Assembly: GCF_006345805.1 (NCBI RefSeq) | Contig: NC_043012.1 | Coordinates: 56,234,001 to 56,298,000, forward strand | From: Octopus sinensis | Taxonomy: Eukaryota | Direction: 5' to 3' | DNA: 64,000 nt | Shown: positions 41,701 through 51,125 of the stretch, in pieces | Layout: every line of letters begins with the position of its first letter | Position numbering within the stretch: position 1 is the stretch's first letter | The notes under the pieces: generated by a model | Databases searched by the model: none | Told to the model about the DNA's origin: nothing | The model's input: the letters and a program-made list of their open reading frames with translations, nothing else | Program-made: the position numbers and the translations under genes

Positions 41701-44263
41701 CAAACATATCTTCAATAGGCATAGGAGTGGCTGTGTGGTAAGTAGCTTGCTTACGAACCACATGTTTCCAGGTTCAGTCCCACTGTGTGGCACCTTGGGC
41801 AATTGTTTTCTACTATAGCCTCGCACCAACCAAAGCCTTGTGAGTGGATTTGGTAGACGGAAACTGAAAGAAGCTCGCCATATATATATATATATATATA
41901 TATATTTGTGTGTCTGTGTTTATCTCCCCGTAACTTAGTGGTTTGGCAAAAGAGACCGATAGAATAAGTACTAAGCTTACAAAGAAAACGTCTTGGGGTC
42001 GATTTGCTCAACTAAAGGCAGTGCTCCAGCATGGTCGCAGTCAAATGACTGAAACGAGTAAAAGAGTAATATGTCTTTCGTAATTGTTTCATTACTATAA
42101 TTCTGTGGACAAAGATGGGATCTTTGTTGTATTGGATTTGACTTTAATGAAATAGCTTATCCTGCTGATGATCCATTTATTCTGTGGAGATATATGGCTA
42201 AAATTGTAGAAAGTAACATTTATATAATACCCAGTGTGTGAAGATGGTTCATGGTCCATGTCCAAACCTGGCGTTCTTTTGCATCTAAAATTGGTGCTTA
42301 TATTTATATTGAAATCTTATTTAATTCATAATATAAAAAAAATACATGCTAACTCTTTAGCATTCAAATTACTTAGTTGAATGTAATGCTTGTTTTATTC
42401 ACATTGTTTTGAACTAAATATACATTATCTTGTAGCTTCAAGATTTTAATGATTTTTAGAATGCTATTGTAGTGCAGCTTCAAGTGGCCAGTTTAAGCAT
42501 AAAGTAGATGAAATATTTGGGCTGGATATAGCTGGCTTAAATGCTAAAGCGTTAAATAATGCAACAAATAAAGTTTAATTTGTTTTACATTGTGGTTCCT
42601 GACTCAAGGAAGCTTAGCTTCTTTTTCACAAGTCCTCATTACTCTGCTTCATAACTTTGACAACATCTGTTTCATTATATTTTAAAACTGGATATCATTT
42701 TTATTTTTCCATAAGTTTTATAAAGCTAAATGATATTCTGTTTGACTGTCCAAAATGCACTAATTTGGCCGTCTATGAAGAAGTTGGATTCAAGCTTAGA
42801 TGGCTGTGGGAATAAGCTCTTTGTTTCACAATCACCTGGTGTGAATCCACTACATTTTCTATTGGAATACTTTACCTTTCTTTCAATTAATTTTGAAAAT
42901 AATGCAAAATGTGAAATAATTGTTATTTCTTTATTGCCCACAAGGGGCTAAACATAGAGGGGACAAACAAGGACAGACAAAGGGATTAAGTCGATTATAT
43001 CGATCCCAGTGTGTAACTGGTACTTATTTAATCGACCCTGAAAGGATGGAAGGCAAAGTCAACCTCGGTGGAATTTGAACTCAGAACATAACAGCAGACA
43101 AAATACCACTTAGCATTTAGCCCGGCATGCTAACGTTTCTGCCAGCTCACCGCCTTAAAATGTAAAATAACTGTACCATCATTAAGCTGGTGTTAAAGAC
43201 ATAAATTAATATGGAATTTTGATGAAGTTTAAAATGGTGTCAAAAGTTTTAAGCAAGGGCCTTTTTCTACAGGCTTTGTGAATGAAATATTGGACCCTGT
43301 TGGAGGACTGGTTCTGTTCTTAGGTTGTAGACATAGTGTTGCCCTGTTTAACACCACCATCTGGTACTTGGATGCTTTTAACAGAATCTCACTGTTTGAA
43401 GCACTTTAACAGATTTATGATATGAGTATAACCCAAGATCTGAAAGGATCTCCTCTCTATCCTCTGTCAGGATTGGAGACACTGCAATAAGGTCATGGAT
43501 GCTACCCTGCTTCTCTTGAGTTAAGCTGTAAAAAAAACAAACAATAAAAAAAATATAAAGTCATGGGTTCCCAGTGTTCTTTCATGAATATTGCATATCT
43601 CTGACATGATAGTAATTTGCAATGAACCTGATGTTGGAAGACCTGTGTTAATAATGGTTTCAAATTTTTTGGCACAAGGCCAGCAATTTGTGGCAGGGCG
43701 TAAGTTAATTACATCAACCCTAGTGCTCATTTTATTGACCTTCCCCACAAAAAAATGAAAGGCAAAATCAACCTCAGCTGAATTCAGAACATAAAGACGG
43801 ACAAAATGTTGCTAAGTATTTTCCCCAGCTTGGCCAGTGTTAATAATATAAAATGGGTTCTGAGTTAGATACAAGGGCAGTAATTTTGAGGGAATGGAAT
43901 TAGTTGATCACATTGGCCCCTGTATTTGACTGGTACTTCATTTTATCAACTCCAGAAGGATGTAAAGCAAAGTTGACTATGACAGGATTTGAACTCGGAA
44001 TGTAAAAAGCTGGAATAAATATTGCTCAGTATTTTTCCCCAAAGCTCTAATGATTCTGCCAGTTCACCCAACATAACAAAAAATATCATTATCAAAAGAT
44101 CTATTGTTTTATTTAATTTTTTTTTCCTCCCTCTCTCTTCTAGACATTTGCTGCCAACAATCAATCAGCCGTTGACCGGAACTGTGTTGTGAAACTTCAC
44201 CAACATGTCGACACTATCATCTGCTCTTTACCAGCTGATCTACAAGTTGTGCTGAAAACATGA
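2310..44263 (+). CDS. DENND6A: DENN domain-containing protein 6 (DENND6A/B, FAM116 orthologue); 16 coding exons, 5'-partial, join of exons listed below
   Basis: Manually spliced exons give an open 1308-nt frame (435 aa + TGA) with recognisable DENND6 motifs: [91 protein letters not shown]. All junctions are GT-AG and phase-compatible. A versus B paralogue cannot be resolved; probably a single invertebrate co-orthologue. Confidence 0.93.
4159..4503 (-). mobile_element. Internally deleted mariner element
   Basis: ~28-bp TIRs ttgggttgtccggaaagtt, TA TSDs; minus strand encodes mariner transposase C-terminus [31 protein letters not shown]...[16 protein letters not shown]. Confidence 0.9.
4908..5286 (+). 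mobile_element. SINE family A, head-truncated
   Basis: Same core and tail as 471-905. Confidence 0.8.
6410..6489 (+). CDS. DENND6A: DENND6 exon: [27 protein letters not shown]
   Basis: cattttag acceptor, CAG|gtaagg donor; resembles the ACNDVDRWPAPVPG..LHLPI segment; phase 1 to 0. Confidence 0.92.
6792..7173 (-). mobile_element. SINE family A, contains (GGT)n
   Basis: Reverse complement of family A tail, core and head. Confidence 0.8.
9224..9264. repeat. (CCTG/CCCTG)n short tandem repeat
   Basis: gcctgccctgccctgcctgccctgccctgcctgccctg. Confidence 0.9.
10274..10493. mobile_element. piggyBac-type MITE (TTAA-flanked), family 2
   Basis: TTAA|cccttttcttacc ... ggtatccaaaagag|TTAA; inverted relative at ~26627-26855. 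Confidence 0.68.
11056..11307. mobile_element. hAT-type MITE
   Basis: TIRs caatggttctcaa / ttgacagccactg; body matches both flanks of the LINE at 25136-25876. Confidence 0.65.
14152..14217 (+). CDS. DENND6A: DENND6 exon: [22 protein letters not shown]
   Basis: tatttttag acceptor, ATG|gtatga donor; 66 nt, phase 0 to 0; fits the VRIP...DK segment; less conserved. Confidence 0.75.
14970..15205 (+). mobile_element. tRNA-derived SINE family B, full length
   Basis: aaggcggcgagctggcagaa head, gagttcaaattcc B box, gactttgcctttcatcctttcgggg core; many partial copies (e.g. ~3270-3450, 17370-17580, 18118-18330, 57478-57690). Confidence 0.82.
15501..15556 (+). CDS. DENND6A: DENND6 exon: [18 protein letters not shown]
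   Basis: ttttccgtag acceptor, AG|gtaagt donor; ILPT.HE.DIF motif; phase 0 to 2. Confidence 0.88.
17884..17944 (+). CDS. DENND6A: DENND6 exon: [21 protein letters not shown]
   Basis: ttttccag acceptor, GAG|gtatgg donor; QMLWELV..GE motif; phase 2 to 0. Confidence 0.93.
19060..19121 (+). CDS. DENND6A: DENND6 exon: [20 protein letters not shown]
   Basis: ctcttcag acceptor, AA|gttagt donor; P..VMA.SP...S.TV.ALV motif; phase 0 to 2. Confidence 0.9.
19275..19370 (+). CDS. DENND6A: DENND6 exon: [32 protein letters not shown]
   Basis: ttttctag acceptor, CC|gtaagt donor; highly conserved [15 protein letters not shown]; phase 2 to 2. Confidence 0.96.
20329..20520 (+). mobile_element. ~190-bp element inserted in (TA)n, containing a minimal hammerhead-like motif at 20393-20428
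   Basis: (TA)n on both sides; CUUU-CUGUAGA-A-GAGC GUAG GCUC-GAAAC-GUA|AAAG. Confidence 0.55.
20561..20934 (-). mobile_element. SINE family A
   Basis: Reverse complement of family A; head abuts the (TA)n tract holding the hammerhead palindrome. Confidence 0.8.
20963..21173. mobile_element. Fold-back element with hammerhead-like motif (Penelope pLTR-like)
   Basis: 71-bp arms (20963-21033 / 21037-21107), 3-nt loop, 1 mismatch; flanked on both sides by ACA(TA)n. Confidence 0.7.
20980..21030 (-). ncRNA. Type I hammerhead ribozyme-like motif with intact CUGAUGA/GAAA core
   Basis: AGCUUC-CUGAUGA-u(UUC auuu GAA)u-GAAA-CAG uucuaguc CUG-UA|GAAGCU; stem I 6 bp, stem III 4 bp, weak stem II. Confidence 0.6.
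22471..22848 (+). mobile_element. SINE family A
   Basis: Near-consensus copy. Confidence 0.85.
23080..23306. mobile_element. piggyBac-type MITE (TTAA-flanked), family 1
   Basis: TTAA|cccttta...taaagtg|TTAA; relatives at ~14706-14900, 27390-27615, 42349-42555. Confidence 0.72.
23558..23652 (+). CDS. DENND6A: DENND6 exon: [32 protein letters not shown]
   Basis: ttttatttccag acceptor, CAG|gtatgt donor; near-invariant DENND6 motif; phase 2 to 1. Confidence 0.96.
23803..24305. mobile_element. Fold-back element with tRNA-derived head and hammerhead-like motif
   Basis: Head-to-head inverted arms around cgccatatgc-tcgtgg-gcatatggcg; 12-bp TSD acattggataat (23791-23802, 24306-24317). Confidence 0.72.
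25023..26009. mobile_element. hAT-type MITE interrupted by the RTE LINE
   Basis: TIRs caatgattcccaac / gttgaaaaccactg; 8-bp TSD cgctacag/ctctacag (7/8); uninterrupted relative at 11056-11307. Confidence 0.72.
25136..25876 (-). mobile_element. 5'-truncated RTE-clade LINE (RT C-terminus + 3' UTR + (GAT)n tail)
   Basis: ORF 25619-25837: [12 protein letters not shown]...GRGRPRKTW is the typical RTE C-terminal motif. The same 3' UTR occurs as many short copies (e.g. ~8370-8522, 12150-12440, 18598-18880, 39150-39290). Confidence 0.88.
26889..27285 (+). mobile_element. SINE family A
   Basis: Near-consensus copy. Confidence 0.85.
27955..28500. repeat. Degenerate G-rich minisatellite-like tract
   Basis: Recurrent gtaag(g) and ggcaactg motifs at roughly 25-35-nt spacing; strong strand bias. 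Confidence 0.5.
28741..28892. repeat. Long inverted repeat (hairpin)
   Basis: Perfect 27-bp arms 28780-28806 / 28821-28847, further pairing to a 4-nt loop, imperfect outer arms. Confidence 0.85.
29005..29073 (+). CDS. DENND6A: DENND6 exon: [23 protein letters not shown]
   Basis: ttgttgcag acceptor, CAG|gtaaaa donor; PKQ...KK...LKTLDSKPG motif; phase 1 to 1. Confidence 0.92.
30981..31045 (+). CDS. DENND6A: DENND6 exon: [22 protein letters not shown]
   Basis: long pyrimidine tract + tttag acceptor, AAG|gtaaga donor; GVYT.YK..LN.D motif; phase 1 to 0. Confidence 0.93.
32524..32888 (+). mobile_element. tRNA-derived SINE family C, young insertion with target-site duplication
   Basis: A box TGGCCCAGTGG, B box GGTTTCGATTCC, GC-rich with many CpG; flanked by direct repeat ttccatatttacacacat (32506-32523, 32889-32906); a decayed relative lies at ~1470-1625. 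Confidence 0.85.
33322..33411 (+). CDS. DENND6A: DENND6 exon: [30 protein letters not shown]
   Basis: aaatag acceptor, TTA|gtaagt donor; [15 protein letters not shown] motif; phase 0 to 0. Confidence 0.94.
34243..34296 (+). CDS. DENND6A: DENND6 exon: [18 protein letters not shown]
   Basis: ttatttccag acceptor, AAG|gtaaga donor; ER..ASLMPLQ..ISP motif. Confidence 0.93.
36378..36487 (+). CDS. DENND6A: DENND6 exon: [36 protein letters not shown]
   Basis: cttagcag acceptor, AA|gtaagt donor; GPQLTS.IKGDW.GLY motif; phase 0 to 2. Confidence 0.94.
37974..38310 (-). mobile_element. Decayed RTE-like LINE fragment
   Basis: Minus translation [40 protein letters not shown], with stops; (GAT)n tail. 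Confidence 0.75.
38437..38539 (+). CDS. DENND6A: DENND6 exon: [35 protein letters not shown]
   Basis: ttccttccctag acceptor, GTG|gtaagt donor; S.NF.GW...R..E..QKL..LH.EAL motif; phase 2 to 0. Confidence 0.93.
40407..40481 (+). CDS. DENND6A: DENND6 exon: [25 protein letters not shown]
   Basis: tatttctag acceptor, CTG|gtaagt donor; W.....EVE.VDL.L.L..KL motif. Confidence 0.92.
41716..42067 (+). mobile_element. SINE family A with internal deletion
   Basis: Head, core and tail present; middle segment missing. Confidence 0.82.
42349..42555. mobile_element. piggyBac-type MITE, family 1
   Basis: ctaa|ctctttagcatt ... aatgctaaagcg|ttaa; same body as 23080-23306. Confidence 0.65.
42926..43157 (-). 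mobile_element. SINE family B, full length
   Basis: Reverse complement of 14970-15205 consensus. Confidence 0.85.
44144..44263 (+). CDS. DENND6A: DENND6 terminal coding exon: [39 protein letters not shown]
   Basis: long pyrimidine tract + tag acceptor; KL..H.D.II..LP.DLQ..L C-terminal motif; TGA at 44261-44263. Confidence 0.88.
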   Translation, partial: TFAANNQSAVDRNCVVKLHQHVDTIICSLPADLQVVLKT

Positions 44264-44394
44264 CGTTATACCAGCCACCTGTCTCCTCTACCAGTTCTTT
44301 GACAAGTATTCATTTCAGTTAAACTTGCAAAATCCCAAATCTTGCAGAAATGAGCTGTCGACTTAAAAACTACTTTAAAAATATTAACATCAAC

Positions 44395-44429
44395 ACCACC
44401 ATCACTACTATCATCACCACCACTACTAT

Positions 44430-44466
<37 letters not shown>

Positions 44467-44495
44467 GCTATTATTATAATTATTACTACTACAAC
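44395..44495. repeat. (ACT)n/(CAT)n trinucleotide tract just after the DENND6 stop (probable 3' UTR)
   Basis: Directly visible. Confidence 0.9.
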
Positions 44496-47400
44496 TTCTG
44501 CAGTTCACCTGACAGCTAACATATGATTATTACTGCTGATGTTGTTGATGTTGGAGGATTGCTCTCAAAAACCTGGTTTCACTACTGCTTCTAACGAACT
44601 GAGATCACTTCTACTTCAACAACAACATTTTATTTCATCTAAAATATCTCATCCAGAAAAATAAGAAAGCCACACACCATAACCTTTTTTTTTTTTTTGT
44701 CTTTATCTCCTAGCACCACCTGCACTGTATCAAATCATTATTTGTTTTTGTTTTTTGTAGGGTTTTTTTTTTTCTTTTCTTTTTGTCATTACTTCTCTAC
44801 AACCTGTTTTGAAGTCAGAATTCAAATCCATAGTGATTGTGAAGTCTTTCAGAAAAAAAATGATAATTTTAGAATCTGGAAGGATATTGAGGTAATCCCA
44901 ATTAATCAGTCACTTGGATTATCAGCTATGGGCACCCTCTGTCAAGATGCAGGCCACATGAGACATGGTGGACCACACTACTTAAAATTTTTAATACATG
45001 TTATTTTCCTTGTAAAATTAGGTGTGCCCCTCAGAAAGCTGTGTGATCCACAGTCTGCCCATGGCTGAGCTTATACCATTCTGGGGGTGGTTGTTGTCGT
45101 TTAGCACCTAAGTCAGCCGTGATCAAGTAGACCTATAACCAAAGGCATTCCAGTGGCCATGACCATCCTGACTTTTTGCCTAAAATTTTTTTTTTTATGG
45201 CAGGATTTGATTTGAGGTGGGTGTTGGTTGCTGTTTCTTGCAGGTCAAGTGACCGCTGATATTAAAAAGAAGACTGCTATAACTTCTACATTCTTATATA
45301 TACACACACAAAGATGTTTGTATGTATATATATATACATATATTGTATGAAAGATATTGGGTGATTTTATTTATATAAGTAAATTCCCTAACAATATTTT
45401 GCAATAAAAAAGGGCCATTTTAACTGCATTTGTTCTTAAAATTTAAAATCTTTTACTTCAAATCTTCTCGTAATTAACTATATTTTATTTTTCTTCATTA
45501 ACAAATTTTATCAGTTGAAGAAGAGAAATAATTTTCTGTTTTTTTTTTTTTATAATATGTATACAAATGAATAAATCAGTCTTTTGTAAATCATCACTAT
45601 TTGAGTTACATACTTATGTAGACACGAATTAACTCTCACAGCTTTAATTTCATCTATTCACTATAGATTAATTGCCTTTTATTCTAAGCTAGCAATATTA
45701 TTTACCAAGTAGAAATCTTCATAGGCACCATAGTTTAGGTTTACTTTTAGACTAGCTCTGTTTGTTTTAGATACTTCAAAGTCTCTAAGTTTTCCTTGCC
45801 TGTGGTGCCTTGCTATTTAAATCACTAAAATGGTTACAAAACTAACCCTCGCCTCACCCCTCTGAGACAAAGACTAAATTCAAATTATAACGTAAGTGTG
45901 TTTCAGTTCACATGTCTTTTAACTTCTACAAATGTCAAAAACAAACAAAAAAGAAATCCTGCTACATCCTGTCAAAGACACTAATGCTTGTGGCAAAATA
46001 CATCCATTAAATTACTGAATCAACTGTGATTTTTCAGACAATGAAGAAACACTTACTATGATCTCTGAATCTCATTGCAACATCATAGCATGATTTTCTT
46101 TTTTCCTCTTTCTTTCTCTCTCTCTTTTTTTTTTTTTTTCGTTTTCTATAGATTTTCCAAAAAATTCAAATTTTATCATTTTTTGTTCCTTTTTTATAAT
46201 TTCCTTTGGTTTTTTTGTGGGGTTTCCCTCCCCACTCTCCCCAAAAATTTTATTTTTCTCTTGATTTCTGAATATTTTTGTTAATTTGCTTTCATTTTTC
46301 TTTCTTTTTTTTTGCTCCAATAATTTCTATAAAACTTCAAAAAGCAAAGAGAAAAAAAAATCCCAAAGAAAATAATGTTTTTACGCTTTCTAAATATATT
46401 TATGCATAAAATATTACAAAGAGTTATATATTTCAGGAATTGAAGTCATAATAAGTAAAGATGATAATGATGTTGAAGATGACAATGATGGCCATTTCTA
46501 CTTCTTTCTTTTGCTGATCAACTTTGCCACATTCAGCAAAAACTTCATCAAATATAATTTGTTCTAGTTATAGATGCTAACTCATCCAAAATGATTCATC
46601 TGCTCCAATATATTCTATACTTCAGGTCACAGTATGGCTTTTCTAACTCCAAATTATTATTTGTCTGCCCTCAATGAGGGTTTTTTTTTTTTAATTGTTA
46701 TTTTAAAACTATATTTTTAACTTCATTTTTCATGCAATTTACCTCATTTCAAAAGTTTGTGATTTTTGTTTTTGTGTCTCTTACTATTGTTGCTGTTTTT
46801 TTTGTTTTTTAGATCCATGGTCAGCTCTGATCAAGCAGACCTATTATCAAAGGCATTTCCATCCTTCACTGTCCCCCTACCTTTTTTAGAGGTAGTTCTT
46901 GGAAGGATTACATTATCTAATATGTCCTGCCTGCCTTTTTATTTTCCCCCATGATGGTGGGGTTGCGATTTCTAACCACTTGAGTCTCTCTCTATGTAGA
47001 AGTTTTGTTTCTATTTTTGTTTATTTTAATAGTTGTTTTGATGGTGATGATGGTGGTATTTTTAAAAGAATCCTTTAGCAAGTGCCATGGCATAAGTCAT
47101 AAACTCTCAGTAAATCAAGTCCACAACCTAGATTCAGCTCTTCACAGATATTTCACTTAATCCAACAAAATACCTCTTGAGAAATGCATGAATGTCACCC
47201 CTCAACACAGATACAAAGCCAATAGGGACAGTCACCAGACGACATGTATCTTTGGTCACTAAAAAGTCAAATAAATGATTTTAATCTATCATCACATTCG
47301 TGTCTTGCATAAATAAATAATATATATTGATCACTAGCTGATGACTGTAGCATGGATTTATTGATTTTGTATAGTAATTAGTCGATGTGGATGGTAAGGG

Positions 47401-49988
47401 TTAGTGCCCGTAAACTGTATAGCAGTTTAGATACAGAAGAAATCATGAAAGGTCATCTTGTATGTCACAACCATGATTTAGAGCCAAGTTGTTCATCTTT
47501 GTCATTAAGCTAAAAGAAACTGCAAATTAGCAACGTTATGACACCTTGACAGGGAGCTATTATAGCCACAGGTAGACCATGATAGACCAAAAGTACATCA
47601 TGTGTATGTGTGTTTGACTCAACATCTTTGCATTGGCACCATTTGTACAGCAGTAATGTTTAGTTATATACTGCAGCCCAGATGTCTGATATATGAGATC
47701 AGCGAAATAAAGTACTTCATTTGAAAACAAGTAAATTTCATATTCTAGAACACCATTGCTCAGTCATATAGGGAATTATTATTGGTCCAAACATATCCAG
47801 GTGTTTACAAATCTGGTTGTTTGTTTGTTCATTAGACTTAGAGATTATTATCTCGCTTGGAAACAAGTGGGTGGGTAGCAACAGAACAACATCCAGCCAC
47901 AAAAAACTCTGTCCCTACATACTCTTGTCTGATCTGTGCAAGCATGGAAAATAGACATTAAAATGATGAGGAGACCACAGGAAATAACAATACTCTAGGT
48001 GGAGACTGTGTGAAGGTAGACAACTGAAAGATGATGACATCTGAATCTCCAACCTTGAATGTTGTGACAACCCCAGAGCTCATCCTCCAAGTCATATCAA
48101 CTTTGTGGTATGGAAACTCCTTCTGAGACTGTTTTCAACAATTACTCCTTAGTCTCTGTGAGAGGTTTCTTTTGAGAGAAAAGAGTATGATTGTGTAAGG
48201 ACATCCTCTATTCCAAAGTTGGTAAACTCCAATTTTATTTCAGTAGCTGCATATTGTTTTGAATAACATTAACACCAGTCAGGAATTTATCAAGGCTCTC
48301 TGGTGAGTAGTGTTGTATTTTCTTTCATTGCTGCTATGATGCCTGGTGTCCCAAAAGTCGTTAGGGATTATGTAGCAGCATGTTTTCATTCATCCTGCAT
48401 AAGTCAGCTTCAGTAGGAATCACCAAAGACAGAGCAATATTGATTGTTTCTGTAATATCTCTTCCTATTTCTTTAGCATCATTGAATAAAATACGGTTTT
48501 CCTTGATCAGTGAGCCAATTTGTGAAACAACAGCCCTGTATTTTTCTGTTAATATTTGAGTTGCAATTCTTTCAATGATCTTACCTTCCTATGTAGCCCT
48601 TTTTATCATGTTCGAGAAATATTTTTTAGAATTTGAGTTTTGTTATTAATATTAGTTGTAGGTGTTACTGCTGGTGGTATATTAGTTTATTTCTTTTGTT
48701 TAATCTTTTGATTTTCCAAATGAGAGTTCTTTGGTTTGGGTTTGGTTTGCTGTTTGGTTCTTTTATTTTCTCTTGGGATCCCATTTCTGTTTATGTCCTC
48801 AAGTAGTGTTAGGGTATATGGTATTGGTAACAATACACTGAAACATCTACCATGTCATATTTTGATGTTTGTAGAAATGTATGTGTAAGACCAGTCAACA
48901 AGCAATAGGGCAGGTTTAATTGTTTCCCAGTTTGTGCAAATCCATATTGCCAAACGGGTTCATTGAAATAAATATGCTTGGTTTAGGCATGGAATGATGG
49001 TAACTAAGATTAGTGTGCCAGTTAAATATTGGGTTTCTTTGTAGAAATCTTTGATGGCATACTTTTTGTAATAGATGGGTTATGACTCTTGAGAAGTTGT
49101 CAGTGAGAGGACTAGAGAGTCCTTCCTACCCTGTGAGAGTAATTTTATTCCTGCATGGACAACAGATGTTAAATGATGATGATGATGATTATTATTACTG
49201 TTCTCTGGGGATGTAGTGTCCATGCCTATTCTTTTCATTCATTATTTTTTCTTTGCATAGGTTTTACTAATGGCTGCTGTTCCAGCATGGGCTAGATGCA
49301 TTTTATGCTATTGATACTAGAGAAGTTTGTCCATATATATGATGGGATTCTACATAGTTTCCATCTTCCAATATTTATTAGTAGAAAGAAAATTTGCATT
49401 CCAATTGAATCATTCTACTGCTTGATATCTTGATAATAAAATCACACACATTCATATTTACTCATATTTGTGTACATTATATATATTGTACATCCTTTTT
49501 CCATGCTGGCATGGGTTGGATAGATCATCATAGTCCAAGACCTTTTGTACTGGAGTCACTGGATGTCCTTCCTATCACTAACCACTTTACTGAGTGCAAT
49601 TGGTGCATTTTCTGGTGGCACCATATTAGAGAGATCAAATAGTCCTCAGCAAACCAGAACTAATGGATGCTTTGATCATTTTTCCAATCACTTTACGGTA
49701 GGTGCATTTTTCATGGCACCAACACTAGGGAGCTTCTCTTGCTCACCAATTACTATAGAAGGAGCACAGCATGTATGGGATTTTGTTGTGGCACCAACAG
49801 AAGAGTAGTGCAGGTGCCTTGTACACATTTACATACAAATTTTAAATAGTAAAAGTGAAACTAGTTAGGACAGTTATAAGAAAAATATCTAAATTTTTGG
49901 ATTGATTGTTAGTTTTAAAATATGACATATTACACCACTTTATTATATTTCAGAATAACTTTTACAATATGTAAAGTTTTATCTTCAT

Positions 49989-50362
49989 ACTCTTTTATTT
50001 GTTTCAGTCATTTGACTGGGGCCATGCTGGAGCACCGCCTTTAGCCAAGCAAATCGACCCCAGGACTTATTCTTTGTAAGCCTAGTACTTATTCTATCGG
50101 TCTCTTTTGCCGAACTGCTAAGTTACAGGGACGCAAACACACCAGCATCGGTTGTCAAGCGATGTTGGGGGACAAACACAGACACACACATACATATATA
50201 CATACGACAGGCGTCTTTCAGTTTCCATCTACCAAATCCACTCACAAGGCTTTGGTCAGCCCGAGGCTATAGTAGAAGATACTTGCCCAAGGTGCCATGC
50301 AGTGGGATTTAACCCAGAACCATGTGGTTGGTAAGCAAGCTACATACCACATAGCCACTACT
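49989..50362 (-). mobile_element. SINE family A
   Basis: Reverse complement, near consensus. Confidence 0.85.
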
Positions 50363-50559
50363 GTTCAATTATAATCGCTTACTTATGGACAACAATACAC
50401 AAGTAGAAATTATGTTACTGCATAAATCTCAGTATTGTCTTGCCACCAGCCTTTTCTGTCACCAACAGCTGTAGGATTAATAATAATGATAAAAATAAAT
50501 TTTTAAAAAATACATTAGGAGATAGGAAGTGACTTGGGTAAAAATGAAATTGATTGTCC

Positions 50560-51125
50560 TTCTCTGAAGGAAGTGACAGTTGAAGAAGTTATGCGCAGTA
50601 GCAATGTTGCCTTCAACAACAGTCACCAAATAGTATTGCTAGATAACCTGCAGACAAAGTATCCACAATTTTGTATACTTTTAAGATGATGATGATGCAA
50701 ACTTTACAAATGGAAGATAAGCCATAACATTTGTAATTTGCTCACTGGCTCCTTTGACAATCAAAAACTATCGCTAATATCCACTGGTCTGATAAATCCT
50801 CCTTCCCATTTGATGAGGTCATCAGTTCATTACATTCACCAAAATTGTGCGTGTTCATGGCATTTTTGTTTCGATACAGTCACCTAACGCTATTCTTTAA
50901 TGATACTGATAACAGCAACAATTATCTAGAATTGCTGCAATTATGTTTTGCCCCTCAAGTGGCAGCAAAATAAAGCACCAGTGCAACACTTTGCTACAAA
51001 TGCCAAACAGATCCTCACCACAGCATGCACAGAGGACAAAATCATCAACAGAAGTTGCCTTCATGCTTGCCCTCCCTCCCCACAACCAAATTCTTGGTTT
51101 GCCAAAAGTCTAAGTTTCACCATGA
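50560..51125 (+). mobile_element. Highly decayed Tc1/mariner-superfamily transposase relic
   Basis: Frameshifted motifs IHWSDKSSF, NYLELLQLCFAPQV, WQQNKAPVQH, IINRSCLHACPPSP resemble I.FSDE..F / YL.ML....PQ / FQQDGAP.H / WIGR...WPPRSP. Confidence 0.5.

Noticed and set aside
46050-46400. Charged K/E-rich ORF 46072-46320 and hydrophobic ORF 46075-46284
   Set aside because: Poly-T low-complexity tract (probable UTR, possibly with homopolymer sequencing errors); the translation is an artefact of composition.
44264-47330. Exact DENND6 3' UTR end / polyadenylation site
   Set aside because: Several AATAAA hexamers are present (e.g. ~45403, ~45569, ~47269); none can be chosen without transcript data.
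47335-47425. CUGAUGA and GGG..CCC-GUAAAC as a hammerhead
   Set aside because: The elements are too far apart and degenerate to fold together.
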